Assembly (NCBI GenBank): GCA_010405405.1
Contig: MU004234.1
Span: forward strand, 540,993-604,992
Origin: Microthyrium microscopicum
Taxonomy: Eukaryota
Direction of reading: 5' to 3'
Length of the DNA stretch: 64,000 bases
The notes under the pieces: model-generated
Told to the model about the DNA's origin: nothing
Seen by the model: the letters and a program-made list of their open reading frames with translations, nothing else
Databases searched by the model: none
Part shown: positions 21,911 to 34,365 of the stretch, one piece after another
Position numbering within the stretch: position 1 is the first letter of the stretch
How the letters are laid out: the number at the start of each line of letters is the position of its first letter
Translations under genes and position numbers: made by a program

Positions 21911-23453
21911 ATGAGAGTGCCATTGTATCGTCTGCAATGCGGTAAGTTTTGGAGTGACGCCTTGACAACGAAGTTTCTGATCATGAGATAGGTGTAAACA
22001 GCTATGAGTGGGGTAAATGATCATATCAAGTCGTATCGAAATGCTTGGTTAACAATTGGAAGGAAAGGTTGGAAAAGATTCGGCTGCCGCCAAATACGCC
22101 CAAGCAACACCAGCGGACGGCTTCAGTATAGCTGAAGACAAGCCTTATGCAGAGGCAAGAAGCTGTCATACTAGCTGTGAGTGACTATGCTGACCTTCTG
22201 GTTCTAGTTGTGGATGGGAACACATCCGTCCAATCCGTCGAAAGATGTCGAAACTGGACGAACTCTACTCGATCTCATTCAAGACAACCAGTCTCTTCTC
22301 GGACCCGAAATTGCACAGAAATACAACGACAAGCTTCCTTTCCTGTTCAAGGTCTTGTCAATCAACAAGGCTCTCAGCATTCAAGCACACCCCAACAAGA
22401 AGCTTGCCGAGCAATTGCATGGCAAAGATCCAAAGAATTACCCAGACGACAATCATAAGCCTGAGATGACCATAGCTATCACTCCGTTCAGTGGACTATG
22501 TGGCTTCCGTCCCTTGTCCGAGATTGCTGGTTTCATCAAGAACGTCTCAGCTCTGAAGAAGTTGATTGGCGATGAACCAAGTGACAAGTTTACTGCAGCC
22601 GTTGCTGGCAAGGAAGAGGTGGAAAGCGAGTCCGAGATATCAAGCAACAAGAAAGCTCTGCAAGAAACATTCACTGCTCTGCTGAATTCTTCCAAGGAGT
22701 CCATTGCATCAGCTACAAAGGAGCTCCTCGAGGAGGCAAAGAAGGGAGCAGAGTTTGCAGGAGGTATTGCGGAAGCTGAGGAACTTTCCAAGCTCATTCC
22801 AATACTGAACTCGCAATTCCCCGACGACATTGGACTGTTTGTTCTGTTCTTCTTGAACTATGTCAAGCTCGAACCAGGCGAGGCAATGTACCTGAAAGCT
22901 GACGACATTCATGCCTACATCTCGGGCGGTAAGTAACGGGAACAAGACTCACTGTAACAAGCTGAGATTGTCTGCAGATATCATCGAATGTATGGCGGCA
23001 TCAGACAATGTTATCCGCGCCGGCTTCACCCCTAAATTCAAGGACGTGTCAACGCTGACATCTATCCTAACTTACGATTACGCCTCACCAGAAAAGCAAA
23101 AGCTTCCTCCTCAACCATATCCATATGCTACGCTCAACGCAGCGGCATACTCCTCTGGTTCGACCTGCGAGCTGTATGATCCGCCAATAGAAGAGTTCGC
23201 GGTGGTTCGGACTGTGCTAGGTAAGAAGGGTAAGGCGACATTTGATGGCATCGAGGGCCCAAGTATCATCATATGTACAGAAGGCAGTGGTACGATCAAG
23301 GTAGGGCCCAAATCAGAAGAGGTCAAGGCTGGATATGTGTACTTTGTGGGCTCGACTGCTGCCGTGTCGTTGGAAAACGACAGTAGCAGTCCGGAGGATT
23401 TCGTGTCGTTCAAGGCTTATTGCGAGCTTGATCCGGAGGCAGGAAAGCTCTAA
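21911..23453 (+). CDS. PMI40: Mannose-6-phosphate isomerase, type I, multi-exon
   Basis: [45 protein letters not shown] and [17 protein letters not shown] motifs; start [11 protein letters not shown]. Confidence 0.96.
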
Positions 23454-23799
23454 GCTACTGGCGTGCAGTGAGGATTAGGCATAATAGAAGTACCAGTCAT
23501 AGAAGGTAATTGACGTACAATCAACAAGACATGGTCTAAATCCTGGAGGCTCTTCAAAAGACGGAAATGAGTCCGCCGTTGTTTTCCGTGATCCTCCGAT
23601 CTCATGCCGACACCGGATTGGTTGCTGAAGGTTCATGGTCTTGGCACTTCAAGGCTTGGCAGTTGACAGGCTTTTGTCAGATCCAACTTCAATCTCGCCT
23701 TGATGCAATCAACAAGCAACATCACCACTCCAACCACCCCACATCCTCTTTCTGGGTCTGCTTTTGAGCTCCCATATATCGCAGATATCGTCTGTGGAT

Positions 23800-24881
23800 A
23801 TGATCACCAACTCGATAGTTCGGTGTGCTCGCACGACCTGCTACCCAGCGTCAACTCACGGCGCTTCCTTCATTGTCCCCGGACAAGCCTATCAGTTGGC
23901 CACCCGGACATATAGAATACATCAGCGTCGATATTCCTCCTCGAAAACATCGATACCGCCTAATGGAAGTCCGAGAACTCGTTCTACAGCCCCGTCGCAA
24001 CAAACGACTTCGTCAACGACAGGCCGAGTGAGAGGCCGGAAGGCGAAAGCGCCGATTGTTGAGAGCGGGTTTTCGCATTTACCTAGTGTGCCTTCGACTC
24101 AACATTTGCATCCTGCGGGTAAACTTCAATGGAATATTTTGAGAACAATTGGATACTAACACGCGAATCAGATATCAATGTCTCTTCCTTCTTCTCCCTT
24201 CACCGCCCCATATCGGTAACATCAGCGATACCCACGAGTGCTACACCAGCCTCCTTCGCTTCCATATTCGACTCTCCCATCTCCGTCCGTCATAGGCCAT
24301 CCGATGTGATGAACACGTTAGGCTCGGCCATTGACGAATTCGATGCTCCTGGCTCCCAAGAAGACGTGTTTAGCGAGGAAGCGCTTCGCCGTGAACTCCA
24401 ACAAGATGGAACACCCACAAGAGCCGGCGTACCAAAAGATGTACCTGCATCTGCCAAATTCTCCGAATTCCGACCATTTCATCCACCACCAGTCCCAGAA
24501 GCCGTGACAGAAACCGCCACACCCAAACGCGCAGGACGTCCAAAGTCATCCAAGCCTCGATCTTGGACGACAACAATAACCGTCACCGAACACACAACAC
24601 CAACCGGCCAAAAAGTGTATTCAGCTGCCAGCACTCCTCTCGAACAATTACGCGCGCGTAACGAGCGACGAAATCGACGCCCAGCAATTGTGATAGAAGA
24701 GCCGGAAGGTATACCACCAGCGCCTGTGCAACAGCCATTTTTGCAGCGCATGCGTATACGGCAGGTCAAGTGGCAAGCGCTGAGTGTGAAGCGTCAGCGC
24801 AAACTGAAGATGAAGAAGCACAAGTATAAGAAGTTAATGAAGCGGACGAGAAACTTGCGGAGGCGGTTGGGCAAGATTTAG
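23800..24881 (+). CDS. COX24: Mitochondrial small ribosomal subunit protein mS38 / Cox24-like (exons 23800-24118, 24172-24881)
   Basis: Basic presequence-like N-terminus, SSFFSLHRPIS motif, and C-terminal SVKRQRKLKMKKHKYKKLMKRTRNLRRRL; phase-1 intron. Confidence 0.85.
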
Positions 24882-25149
24882 AATTCCTTTTTGGCATAGC
24901 AGTTTTGTCATTTTGGGGCTTTTCCTATTCTGATGGCCCGGTTTATTCCCTGAGCATAGGTTAGGATAGAGGCTGTAATTGAACTGCCGTTTGCTTTACT
25001 GATGCTCGTCTTTGCTCGTCCATTTGTGTCCATTATGCAGAGAGGTTGGACATGCATTTCATGCTCTATGTCATGTGTATCCAACGTCGTGAAATTATTG
25101 TCCAGGCCAATATAATACGCCCTTCCCCTCATACATCCATTCACATCCA

Positions 25150-25869
25150 TCATCTTATTCCCCTAACAACCTCCCTCAACTCTCCCCCTTCCACCCACCC
25201 CTCACCTACCCCATCAACACCAAAGCCCTCGCCTACTTCACCCACCACCCTCGCCGGTCTACCCGCCACCACCGCGCCCGGCGGCACCACCATCCCCGCC
25301 GGCACACAACTCCCCTCGAGAACCCTACAATTCTCCCTCAACACACTGAACGCGCCCAGCACGCATCTCGCACCGACATGTACATGATTATGTATCTGCG
25401 CGCTCTCAACCACACAACCCGGCCCAATCAACACCTGTTCCCCAATCTTAAGCGGATACGGTTGCAGCAGACCACGCAATAACCGCGCCGGCGGACGCAG
25501 AATCGTAGATGTCGCGATTATCGTAGATTTGCCAATCGATATTGCTGTCGTGCTTTGACTTGACGAGGATGAGGACGGTTTGGCGGTGGCGGCGGAGGAG
25601 GGGTCTAGGGATGTGGTGGATGTGGTTGTGGTGGGGGGTGGTGGGCGCACGCGGACTATGTCGCCGCGGAGGTGGACGTCGGGCATGAGGACGGTGCGGC
25701 CGGCGAGGGTTATGTTGGGGGTGCCGGTTATGAGGGCTTTGCGGGAGACTTTGTTGCCTGAGTCCTGGGGATGTTGTTAGTTGGTTGTGAGGATGGGGTT
25801 AGGAGGGAGGTGTACGGTTTCTATGTAGTCGCCTTTTGAGGATTTGCGTGCGGGGCGTGAGGAGGACAT
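25150..25869 (-). CDS. DCTN5: Dynactin subunit p25 (DCTN5), left-handed beta-helix (exons 25869-25816, 25764-25150)
   Basis: YIET|DSGNKVSRKA..I.G..NI.L.G...HLRGD, LRPP motif and hexapeptide repeats. Confidence 0.88.
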
Positions 25870-26368
25870 ATTGTAATCTTTGGCGGTGGTTGTGAGGGTT
25901 GGGAAGGTCTTAATATGTGTAGAGTTGGAGCTCAAAAGTTGTAGATGTCAATGGTGTTGAGGCTCAAGCTCGGGATACCGAAAGTCGGATCGGCAGGTGG
26001 GCGCGTGCTTTCCCGCGAGCTTGGATTTGTTGGGAAAGAGTGACTGGGGAAATTTGGCGACGGAAGGCAGGAGCGAGTCAAGATCTGGAAAAAGGAAAGA
26101 ACAATCAACAATCCTTCAATTCTCCACTCTTGCACCTGATCTCCTCCCATCTCATCTCTACAATCCGGATCGATTGATTTCCTCATCGGTGTTATCAGAC
26201 GCTTTCTTCACATCGCGCCCCTTTAACAGAGATACCCCTGTTCGATCTGCGACCACAACTTCACCCACCCCTTTCCTTTACTCTCTCAACCACAGAAACT
26301 CTTCGCCCATTGACACTCTCGTATTCAACTCACACCACTTAGACAATTCCCCGAAAACACCGGTCATC

Positions 26369-27201
26369 ATGGGTAACAGCATCTCCAAAATGCTGGACAA
26401 GATCTTTGGCAACAAGGAAATGCGCCTACTAATGCTGGGTCTCGACGCTGCCGGAAAGACTAGTAAGTCCAACCACATAAATCGCACGGCATACCAATCG
26501 TCACGTCTGTCGTGCGACCAATATCTCACGAACCGCTGCAATGATATAGCTGACCATTGCGCCCCGCCGTTTAGCAATCCTTTACAACCTCAAACTCGAG
26601 CAAGACGTAACGACCATTCCCACTGTCGGCTTCAACGTGGAGGCCGTTACGTACAAGAACACCAAGTTCAATGTCTGGGATGTCGGTGGACAGGATAAGA
26701 TTCGCCCGCTATGGCGACATTACTTCTCCGGTATATACACACCTATACACCCACATATACACTCTCTTTAAAGTCGCGTTTTCGCAATGAGTAGATATGC
26801 TAACCACAAGTGTTTATCAATAGGCACACAAGGCCTCGTCTTCGTAATCGACTCCTCCGACCGCGAACGCATCGACGAAGCCCGCACCGAACTAACCCGC
26901 ATCATCACCGACCGCGAAATGAAAGACGCCCTCCTTCTAGTATTCGCCAACAAGCAGGACATCCCCGGCGCCCTGAAGCCCGAAGAAGTGTCGCGTCTAC
27001 TGCGCCTTAACGACGTCGCCAAGGATCATACCTGGAAAGTACAGCCTAGTTGCGCTAAGACTGGCGACGGCATTTTCGAGGGACTGGTAAGCTCACTCCT
27101 CTTCTCAAGAGCGGAAGCTAGATATATGGAACAGAAGAAAGCTAATGTGTTGATGAATTTAGCAATGGCTCGGCGCTCATGTCCAAGTACCTCCAAAATA
27201 A
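26369..27201 (+). CDS. ARF6: ADP-ribosylation factor, ARF6 class (exons 26369-26462, 26575-26730, 26824-27086, 27163-27201)
   Basis: MG myristoylation start, [29 protein letters not shown] and QPSCA (ARF6-type) motifs. Confidence 0.93.
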
Positions 27202-27648
27202 ACGACTCGATCTTGATGGACAAAATCCATGGATATTTGCCATCTTTGCTGGCTTTTCAACGTTATACCCATATTCTATTCTACTTCTTTCATATACACC
27301 CCGTAGCGCCGAGGCCGGTCAACTGTACAAGGCGCTGACGAGTAACACTGCAACCTCTCGGAAAGCAAGCCTTCAGATTGGCTTGATCACGTCCCCAAGA
27401 GCACGCTATGAGGGTTTGTGTTGGGTGTATACTATTTGCCATTTACATTTAGCCAGCTTGCAAGACGGTGGAAACTTTTTCATTCGGGATATAGTGGCGC
27501 GACGGGTGTCCGGTGTTGTATTAGTGTTTTGTGGCCGTTGCGATTTAAAGTTAAAGTGTAGCTGTGTACTTGTCGCAGCTGTATATTCAAGCGACAATTA
27601 ATGATCAAGTACTTGAAACTACAAGTCAGTATCATCTCACTGTATCTT

Positions 27649-27702
27649 TTTTTTGACAGACTAGTATATATCAATTTTTTTGATAGACTAGTATAAATCA
27701 CT
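27649..27702. repeat. Two 27-bp AT-rich tandem copies between convergent ARF6 and REX3
   Basis: ttttttgacagactagtatatatcaat / ttttttgatagactagtataaatcact. Confidence 0.8.
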
Positions 27703-27926
27703 TTTCACAGCTATTCAAGAAATGTTTAGGATTTGATAATTTGTTTCATTGGTATAAAAGAGACCGCAGTACTACTAATGGTCTGGGTCGTGTCGTCAGT
27801 CGGGTTAATCATAGGTATAATATATCCAGCTCACTACTCTGCAGTAGTAACAGAACGCCAACTCGCAAGCAAATTCCTCGTCTTCCCGCCTCGCCATCGT
27901 CGTGCTTTACTCCACCGAGCCGGCCG

Positions 27927-30017
27927 CTATGCTGACTTGGCTTCCTCCTCTACCCGCTGGCTTTCAGTGAGCCACCACTTCGCCGGTGGCATATTGAAGT
28001 CTCGTCCAGCGCCTTTCTCTTCCCAGCCGTCGGCCGGTGGCACAAAGACTTTGACGCCGTTGCTGTCTTCGCCGACACGCCAGCCATCGGCGCGCAGGGT
28101 CTTCCAGTCGCGGGATATGCGGGCGCGGACTAGATCGCCGGTGGCGCGGGCGTCTTCGAGGGAATCATGGCCTGCGGCGCCGCCTGTTTGGATGTCGCGG
28201 GATAGATGGTTTTTAGTTAGGTTCCTGAGGCCGTTGCGGTAGGGCAGACCTCCAGAATGTGGGAAAAGAAAAATGGTGTCCACGATGGTTGGGTGGAGGA
28301 GGCGAATGACGTTTAGGTCGTTCTCAATGGAATGACCGATAAGTGGTGTTGATGGGGATAGATAGCTGCAAAGCAGTTCGCGCGCAGCCTTCGGCGATGA
28401 AAGTTTTTGAAGAGTTGGCGGAATGGCTGATGCCGTCGATGATGCTGCTGACACTGCTGATACTGCGGAGGCAGTACTGGCGATAGAAATTGGACGCGTC
28501 GATGTGGCTGAATAATCTGGCGCGTTGAAGAATTGCTCAGTTGTTACGCCAGAAAATTGTGTGTTGAGATCAAGGATTTGGCCAAAAGGGCGCACAAGCG
28601 CATCGAAAAGCTGTTCGCCAGCTGGCCAGGTACAGGCGGAGATTCGGATTATTTCCATCCCAAGAGTGGTATAACCCATTTCGCAGTCAAAAGCGACAGC
28701 CATACTGGGGTCCGCAACAGGGTTTTCTGGTGTTGATTCGAACTGAAGATCATTGGCGAGGCGTGCTGGGTCTGAAGTCTTGAACACGTGTGATGGCTTT
28801 ATCGTACAGCCAGGTTCGCCAACTCGTTTATTGCAACAAGGATACATTTGCTGCTTGGTGTTCCGGTCACGATAGGACCGTCTCGAGTGGTGGCGACATT
28901 GGCCGCTACTGGTTAAAGCTCCATCTTCTCGTCGGTTTGGAAAGACTTCGAATCGAATTGTGCATCGATCGCATGTCTCCCAAGCACTTAGCTCGTTGGC
29001 CTTTTTCGCAGATGCTATGTCCGCCTGAGATGGAGCTTTTATGACATAGCCATGCTTGTCTAGTCCATCGAGCTTTGCAGAATATCGAGCGATCATCAGG
29101 CCCTCAAGCTCTGGGGTAAGCTCTTTGGCAAATGGGCTGTCGCTTGGTGTAAACTCCTTGGGCCCTTTCGATTCTATGATGGTGATCACAAAACCCTCAG
29201 GTGTCTCCTTGCGCATTTGCACAACGTTGAGACCCATGACTTGCTTATAAACCAGTGGTTGGTTTCGGGCCACGTGTTCCTCTTTGTCAAGCGCAAGTTT
29301 GATTAGGTTGCCCGGGGACAATTTATGCTGTTTTATTGCTTCGTCTGTACTGTTTGCGACTGCGGTGTTCAGACGCAGAAACTGCTCATGAATAAGCTGG
29401 ACGTATTTGAGTCGAACGGCATGCGAAGCTGGGCTCGTTGTGACAAGTCGTGGATTCAGATCTTCGGCGGACGCTTTAGATTGGGTTGATGATGGCGTTG
29501 CAGGAGTCTTGACATTTGCGTGCTTTGCTGGTGTGGATTTGGGCGCGTTCTTGGAGGTGGACTTGGTAGTTGTATTTTGCTGTAAAGGCGATATAGAACT
29601 TGCTTTGGCTTGAGAATTTGGCCGTAACTCGGGTGAAGAATGTGTGCTCGTAGGAGGAAGTTGTCGGGAGGTGGCATTTGGTTTTACTTTATGGAGGTCT
29701 TTAGCGCGTACCTTGTCGTCAAACTTGGACCAGCTATCGTCAACCGTGGTATTATTCTTTGGTGGCCCCTCTAGCTTTGAGGTTAAGATTCCCATGAAGG
29801 GACTTGAGCCCTGTGTGAGAGGTCTGCTAGTGGCACCGGTCCCATTGTTGAGTTTGACTCGTTTTCTATCCCCGCCCTCAACCTCATGTTCGATAACTTG
29901 CTTTTTCATTGAGCTCTTCGACAGAACTGACGCATCGTGAGAGAATACACAGCTTGGCAGTTGGCAAGCATCGCCCTTGGGGCATGCGACCTCTTTGAAA
30001 AGCTTGGAGCTAAACAT
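27927..30017 (-). CDS. REX3: RNA exonuclease, DEDDh family, Rex3-like
   Basis: AFDCEMGYT, GHSIENDL and GHDSLEDARA catalytic motifs; CDRC...CRHH...YPCC...GC...HVFK module; N-terminal CCCH-like finger. Confidence 0.9.
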   Translation of the reverse strand: MFSSKLFKEVACPKGDACQLPSCVFSHDASVLSKSSMKKQVIEHEVEGGDRKRVKLNNGTGATSRPLTQGSSPFMGILTSKLEGPPKNNTTVDDSWSKFDDKVRAKDLHKVKPNATSRQLPPTSTHSSPELRPNSQAKASSISPLQQNTTTKSTSKNAPKSTPAKHANVKTPATPSSTQSKASAEDLNPRLVTTSPASHAVRLKYVQLIHEQFLRLNTAVANSTDEAIKQHKLSPGNLIKLALDKEEHVARNQPLVYKQVMGLNVVQMRKETPEGFVITIIESKGPKEFTPSDSPFAKELTPELEGLMIARYSAKLDGLDKHGYVIKAPSQADIASAKKANELSAWETCDRCTIRFEVFPNRREDGALTSSGQCRHHSRRSYRDRNTKQQMYPCCNKRVGEPGCTIKPSHVFKTSDPARLANDLQFESTPENPVADPSMAVAFDCEMGYTTLGMEIIRISACTWPAGEQLFDALVRPFGQILDLNTQFSGVTTEQFFNAPDYSATSTRPISIASTASAVSAVSAASSTASAIPPTLQKLSSPKAARELLCSYLSPSTPLIGHSIENDLNVIRLLHPTIVDTIFLFPHSGGLPYRNGLRNLTKNHLSRDIQTGGAAGHDSLEDARATGDLVRARISRDWKTLRADGWRVGEDSNGVKVFVPPADGWEEKGAGRDFNMPPAKWWLTESQRVEEEAKSA

Positions 30018-31501
30018 GGCGAACCAGGGGTTTCGTGGTTGTGGGGTGATGACAAGATTCGTCGATTGGCATTCTCAGGGAGTCAATGGACTAGGATAGG
30101 CAAATCAGTCTTGAAGCGAGCGATAGAGGACCATTGGTGTTGAGGTTATGGTGCTCGATAGGCTATGTGCGCCAACCGTGGTACGCTCAGAGGTGAAGGT
30201 GCTTGCCCACAGAGGGAGGCTGCTACGTGCGTGTGATGTTAGCTGGCTGGGTTTGGGCTGGGTTGGTAGGCATTTAAATCAAAGCTACCAATTGAGGCAA
30301 TGGTAAGAAGTCATCAGGATTCATCAGAATGGAATGGAAATTGAAATCTAAAGACGGTCACAGAAGAGCCATCGTGAAGTGCGGTAAAGGTAGTAGATAG
30401 GAGTTGAGGATTATTCTGATGGACTGACGTCTGGGGAAAAGGCAGGTCCCACCATCGCGCTAGTAGGGATCTTCCTGCTCAGCATTCGTTGAGAGCCTCA
30501 ACATTTGCTGAGTCAGCAATACATCCCCGTTTACATCAATTCGACTTTTTCTTCTCTTCTCTTGCCAATATCATCACTACCTAGGTACTTGTTGAATTGT
30601 ACCAAGACGAGAGTCTCATCCCAAGGCGCTTGGTGGTAGACTATGAGTCAATGAACTTGTCGGGATCGCGTTTCCTCATGACCTACTCTAGAGTACCCAA
30701 CTTCTTGCAGCCATTGTATGGTACAGGAGGACAAGTTTCATTTTTGATCCTTTCTTTTCAGCATCACTCTAGAGACTATCGTTCGACACATCACGAAGCA
30801 TATCTACAGCGGTCATCCCCATGTTATACTTTCCCAGGTTGGACATCAGATCAACTCCAGGTGTATTCCAGCACAAGAGTAATTCCAGAATCCTAAATCA
30901 GCTTTTCCAAAATATGGGATTCCGAGTAGGGATTTGATGCCCTAGTGGCCATGTTACAGCAAACATTCGGCCATCTCGTGTCTCAGGGAATCGTAAGATC
31001 CGCATCTCCATTTTTCCTGGGTTCACTACCTGAGATCCCATGCCATGGACGTTCCTCGCTCCCAAGATCATCTGTCGCATCATTTGGGGCTTGGCCTAAC
31101 GCCCTCATTCGATTGTCACAAACTAGAGCACAACCTCAAATTCTCACAACTCCAATTGTGACCCTATCTTGTTTCCACCATTCTGGCCTCAAGAGATTCA
31201 TTGCGACTGACAAGTTCTTGGACTTTCTCGACGCGAAGGGCTAAGAATGAGAAAAGTCTTGGAGGAAGTGCAACACAACTCTTCATTGAAACAAGATTTC
31301 CCTGAAACGGACTTTCCTAACAATAAGGCTTAAATGATTGTGTTCAGAAATGATCTGCCCTGTCACAAAGGTACTTGGCTGATCCACAATAGCTGCAGAG
31401 GCCACCATCTAAATACACACAATCCTTAGCAAAACTTGTCAACATTCAGACCACAAGCTGTAGTCGCATTCGGCTTGATCCTGGGTGGATCAAAAGAATT
31501 T

Positions 31502-32573
31502 TCATGATTCTCGACACTGATTCAACAACTCCAAGGCTTGCACATGCTCCCAATTGTCCGGATCAACTTGCCTCAGACGTCCAATGATGTCTCTCTTCTC
31601 GAACTCCTCGCCTTCAGCAAGCTCAACCTTGAGAACCCTTTTAATGAGTAGAGACGCAGACATGCCTTGTGGACGTCTTTCCAGGCAGATCATATTGGCG
31701 CAGATGGTCAGGTAGATTCCACCATGGAAACTCTCTTCGTCCGAGTCCTGGAATAATTCCGCGACTGATATCGCCATCTCAACATCATTTTTATCGTAAG
31801 TGGTTGCCACAGTGCTAGTATCGGGTTCGAGCCCCTGTGACAAAGGAACCTTCATCCTATGATATGGGTTCCAATAAGTCTCGATTCCCAGAAATTCAAG
31901 GTCGTTTAGAGTGGCACAGCCATAGCACTCATGCATTATAGTCCTATGCACAAAGTACTCAGGCGGAGCGTACTGGTCCATCAACTCTGTCTGACTCTGG
32001 CCCACATTGAAGATTGCATGGCCTTCAAGAAGACAGAATGTATCGAGTATTGCGATGCAAACTCCCGACCTGCCACCCCGTATCCTGCGACCAGCGATCA
32101 GAAGTGCCAGTGCCCATAGTGGCTGCCAAGAGCTAAATTCTGTATTGATCGACTCATCGCCTTTGTAGTGCTTCGTTATCATTTCCGATAAGTTTGGGAT
32201 GTCGGCAAGTTCGAAGTGGCCCTTATTTAGAGCGAATGCTCGTGGCTCGATGGCATCGGCTGTATTAAGGTCATCTATGACCTGTTCGTTCAGTTTGCGC
32301 CCGCTCCATTTGTCAAACACACGGTAAAGATATCTTGGCACAGTCCACAGATGGCCTGGCGAAAGTCAGCTTTCTTCCGAGATACGAATCATAAGCTCGA
32401 AATCGATGAGAGCAGAGTCGGGTTTAGATGTCGTATTAGACGATCTGACTATGGCACTGTCACTTACACCGAATCTGCTTCACCAGGCGCTCGTGTTGTT
32501 TCTCTGGGGACATTCCCTGAGATTCTAGCTCACTAATAAATGGCACTATAGCCATTGGCGATTCTTCGGCCAT
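31502..32573 (-). CDS. Uncharacterised fungal protein with ADP-ribosyltransferase-like motif order (exons about 32573-32468, 32355-31502; start 32573 or 32513)
   Basis: PRYLYRV...EFSSW...VCIAILDT...PEYFVH. Intron 32467-32356 (GTAAGT...GCTGAC...CAG) gives an in-frame ATG-initiated first exon. Confidence 0.65.
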
Positions 32574-34365
32574 GTCTTGCTGGGAGCTGGCAATTTCTTG
32601 TGTTGTTGAGGGTCTGAGTTACAACTCTGAAAGCTGCGTTTCGAATGTGATTTCAGGGAGTAAGTACAGATCGTAGTGCAGTTATAGCACTCTTACAACA
32701 CCCTATTTTGCATTTGATGCTTGTTGCGAGTCTCTTTGTCCATGGGAAGTCTTCATCGTGAGGCTGTCATTCTACGGATGAGGCGAGAGAACATTTGAAT
32801 AACGACTGAAGTGACTATGGAAGGAGTTGAGTTGTGACAAATTCATGTGTGAATCAAATATCTTGTTGCTACTGACACCATTTTTATCATCATCACTAGC
32901 AAAAGTCTTCAGCAAGTAATCAGTCAGTGAAGCAGGGGGCTAAATGATGTTTGCTATCATTTTACATGACTTGTAGTAAGAATTACAATTCAAAACTATC
33001 TGATGGGAAATTCAAATCCTTTAATGTAGTACTTAATCAGCGTGACCTGGCACACCCCGAATGACCTTACCATTAGGGACTCGTCCTTTATTCCATAATC
33101 TATTTTGGCTGTTATTGGTATCAACATGGATACGATCTAACTCTTGCCAGAACTTATTTGTAAATGTCAGCTACTCTAGAGTACTCCATGATTGTAAGCA
33201 TAACCGGTCTTCAAGATTTTCAGGATAGATGACCATTTAAGACCAGATGCGTCTTTACATGTCATCAACCATGAAGGGAGATATGGAACCGTTGGTCTTG
33301 ATTGTTCATACCAGATCGAAACGAGAAAAGGACCAAAAGACACTTTTCGAAAAATATCAGTGCACGCAAAGACCTACAGCTCGCCATGCCATCAGCCGCC
33401 GGGCTTGAAAAAAATAAAGCACTCAAAGAATAACGTATAAAGCATTTGTGGCATGATATCTGCAGGTGACCATTAGGACTCGAGCGCTGGGCAAATGCTT
33501 CAACGCTGTATAGAAGTGGTGTTAATTGTAGCTTAGTCCTATGCTCGTTCAAACAACTTGTTGACATGAATTATTAACTGGCTGTAGCTTGACAAGAGAG
33601 TATAGACATGGGTGTCATAATAGGAAACGCTTTTAGATATCGATGTGATGGAAGGAAAGACCTGCAGTTCGCCATGCCATTCACAGCTTGGCCATTCAGC
33701 CCAACGAAGATCAAAGATTGAATTAAAATCACTATCAAACAGCTATTGGCTCGTAATAATCTGTCAGTCCATATTTGGGGTTATTGACAAAGCCCAAGAA
33801 CGTGCGTTGGCGTCAGGGGCATCTTGCGTCTCACATCACGTTTCGATCTTCGAATTCTTCAACAACACCCAACGTCTCCGAGCTCAAGCTCTCGTGCAAG
33901 ACAGATACCTCATTGGTTTCGTCACGAGGGTTTTTACAGTGTCCGTTTATGAAGCCCTGACCCAACTTCCAACCAAAACCACCGCCACTGCGCTGCGAAA
34001 AGAATGTTTTACTCTGCCATGCAGCAATTCCCCGATGACCGTGCCTACTTCCCGACCAAATCAGCTCTGGGCCTGGGCTAAGAGTTTCATTCTACTATGG
34101 GCAGCCCAGATACACTTTGGTGTTCCCCCGTATGTATGCGATGCCTGTTTACTAGAGTGACCAATCTGAAGGGTTTGAAGAAGGGAAACAGTAAGATGGT
34201 GAGCTCCTCACGTTGTCCGAAGATGTGCAGCCCGGCATCTCGCAGTCTCATGGCCAATTCCGAAATCATTCAAAGCCTTCGGGCACCCTCTGATTCAAAA
34301 GGGCTCGTTGGACACTCACCCACAGACTTGCATAGTCCCACCCTCTCGAGTCTATCGTCATCATA

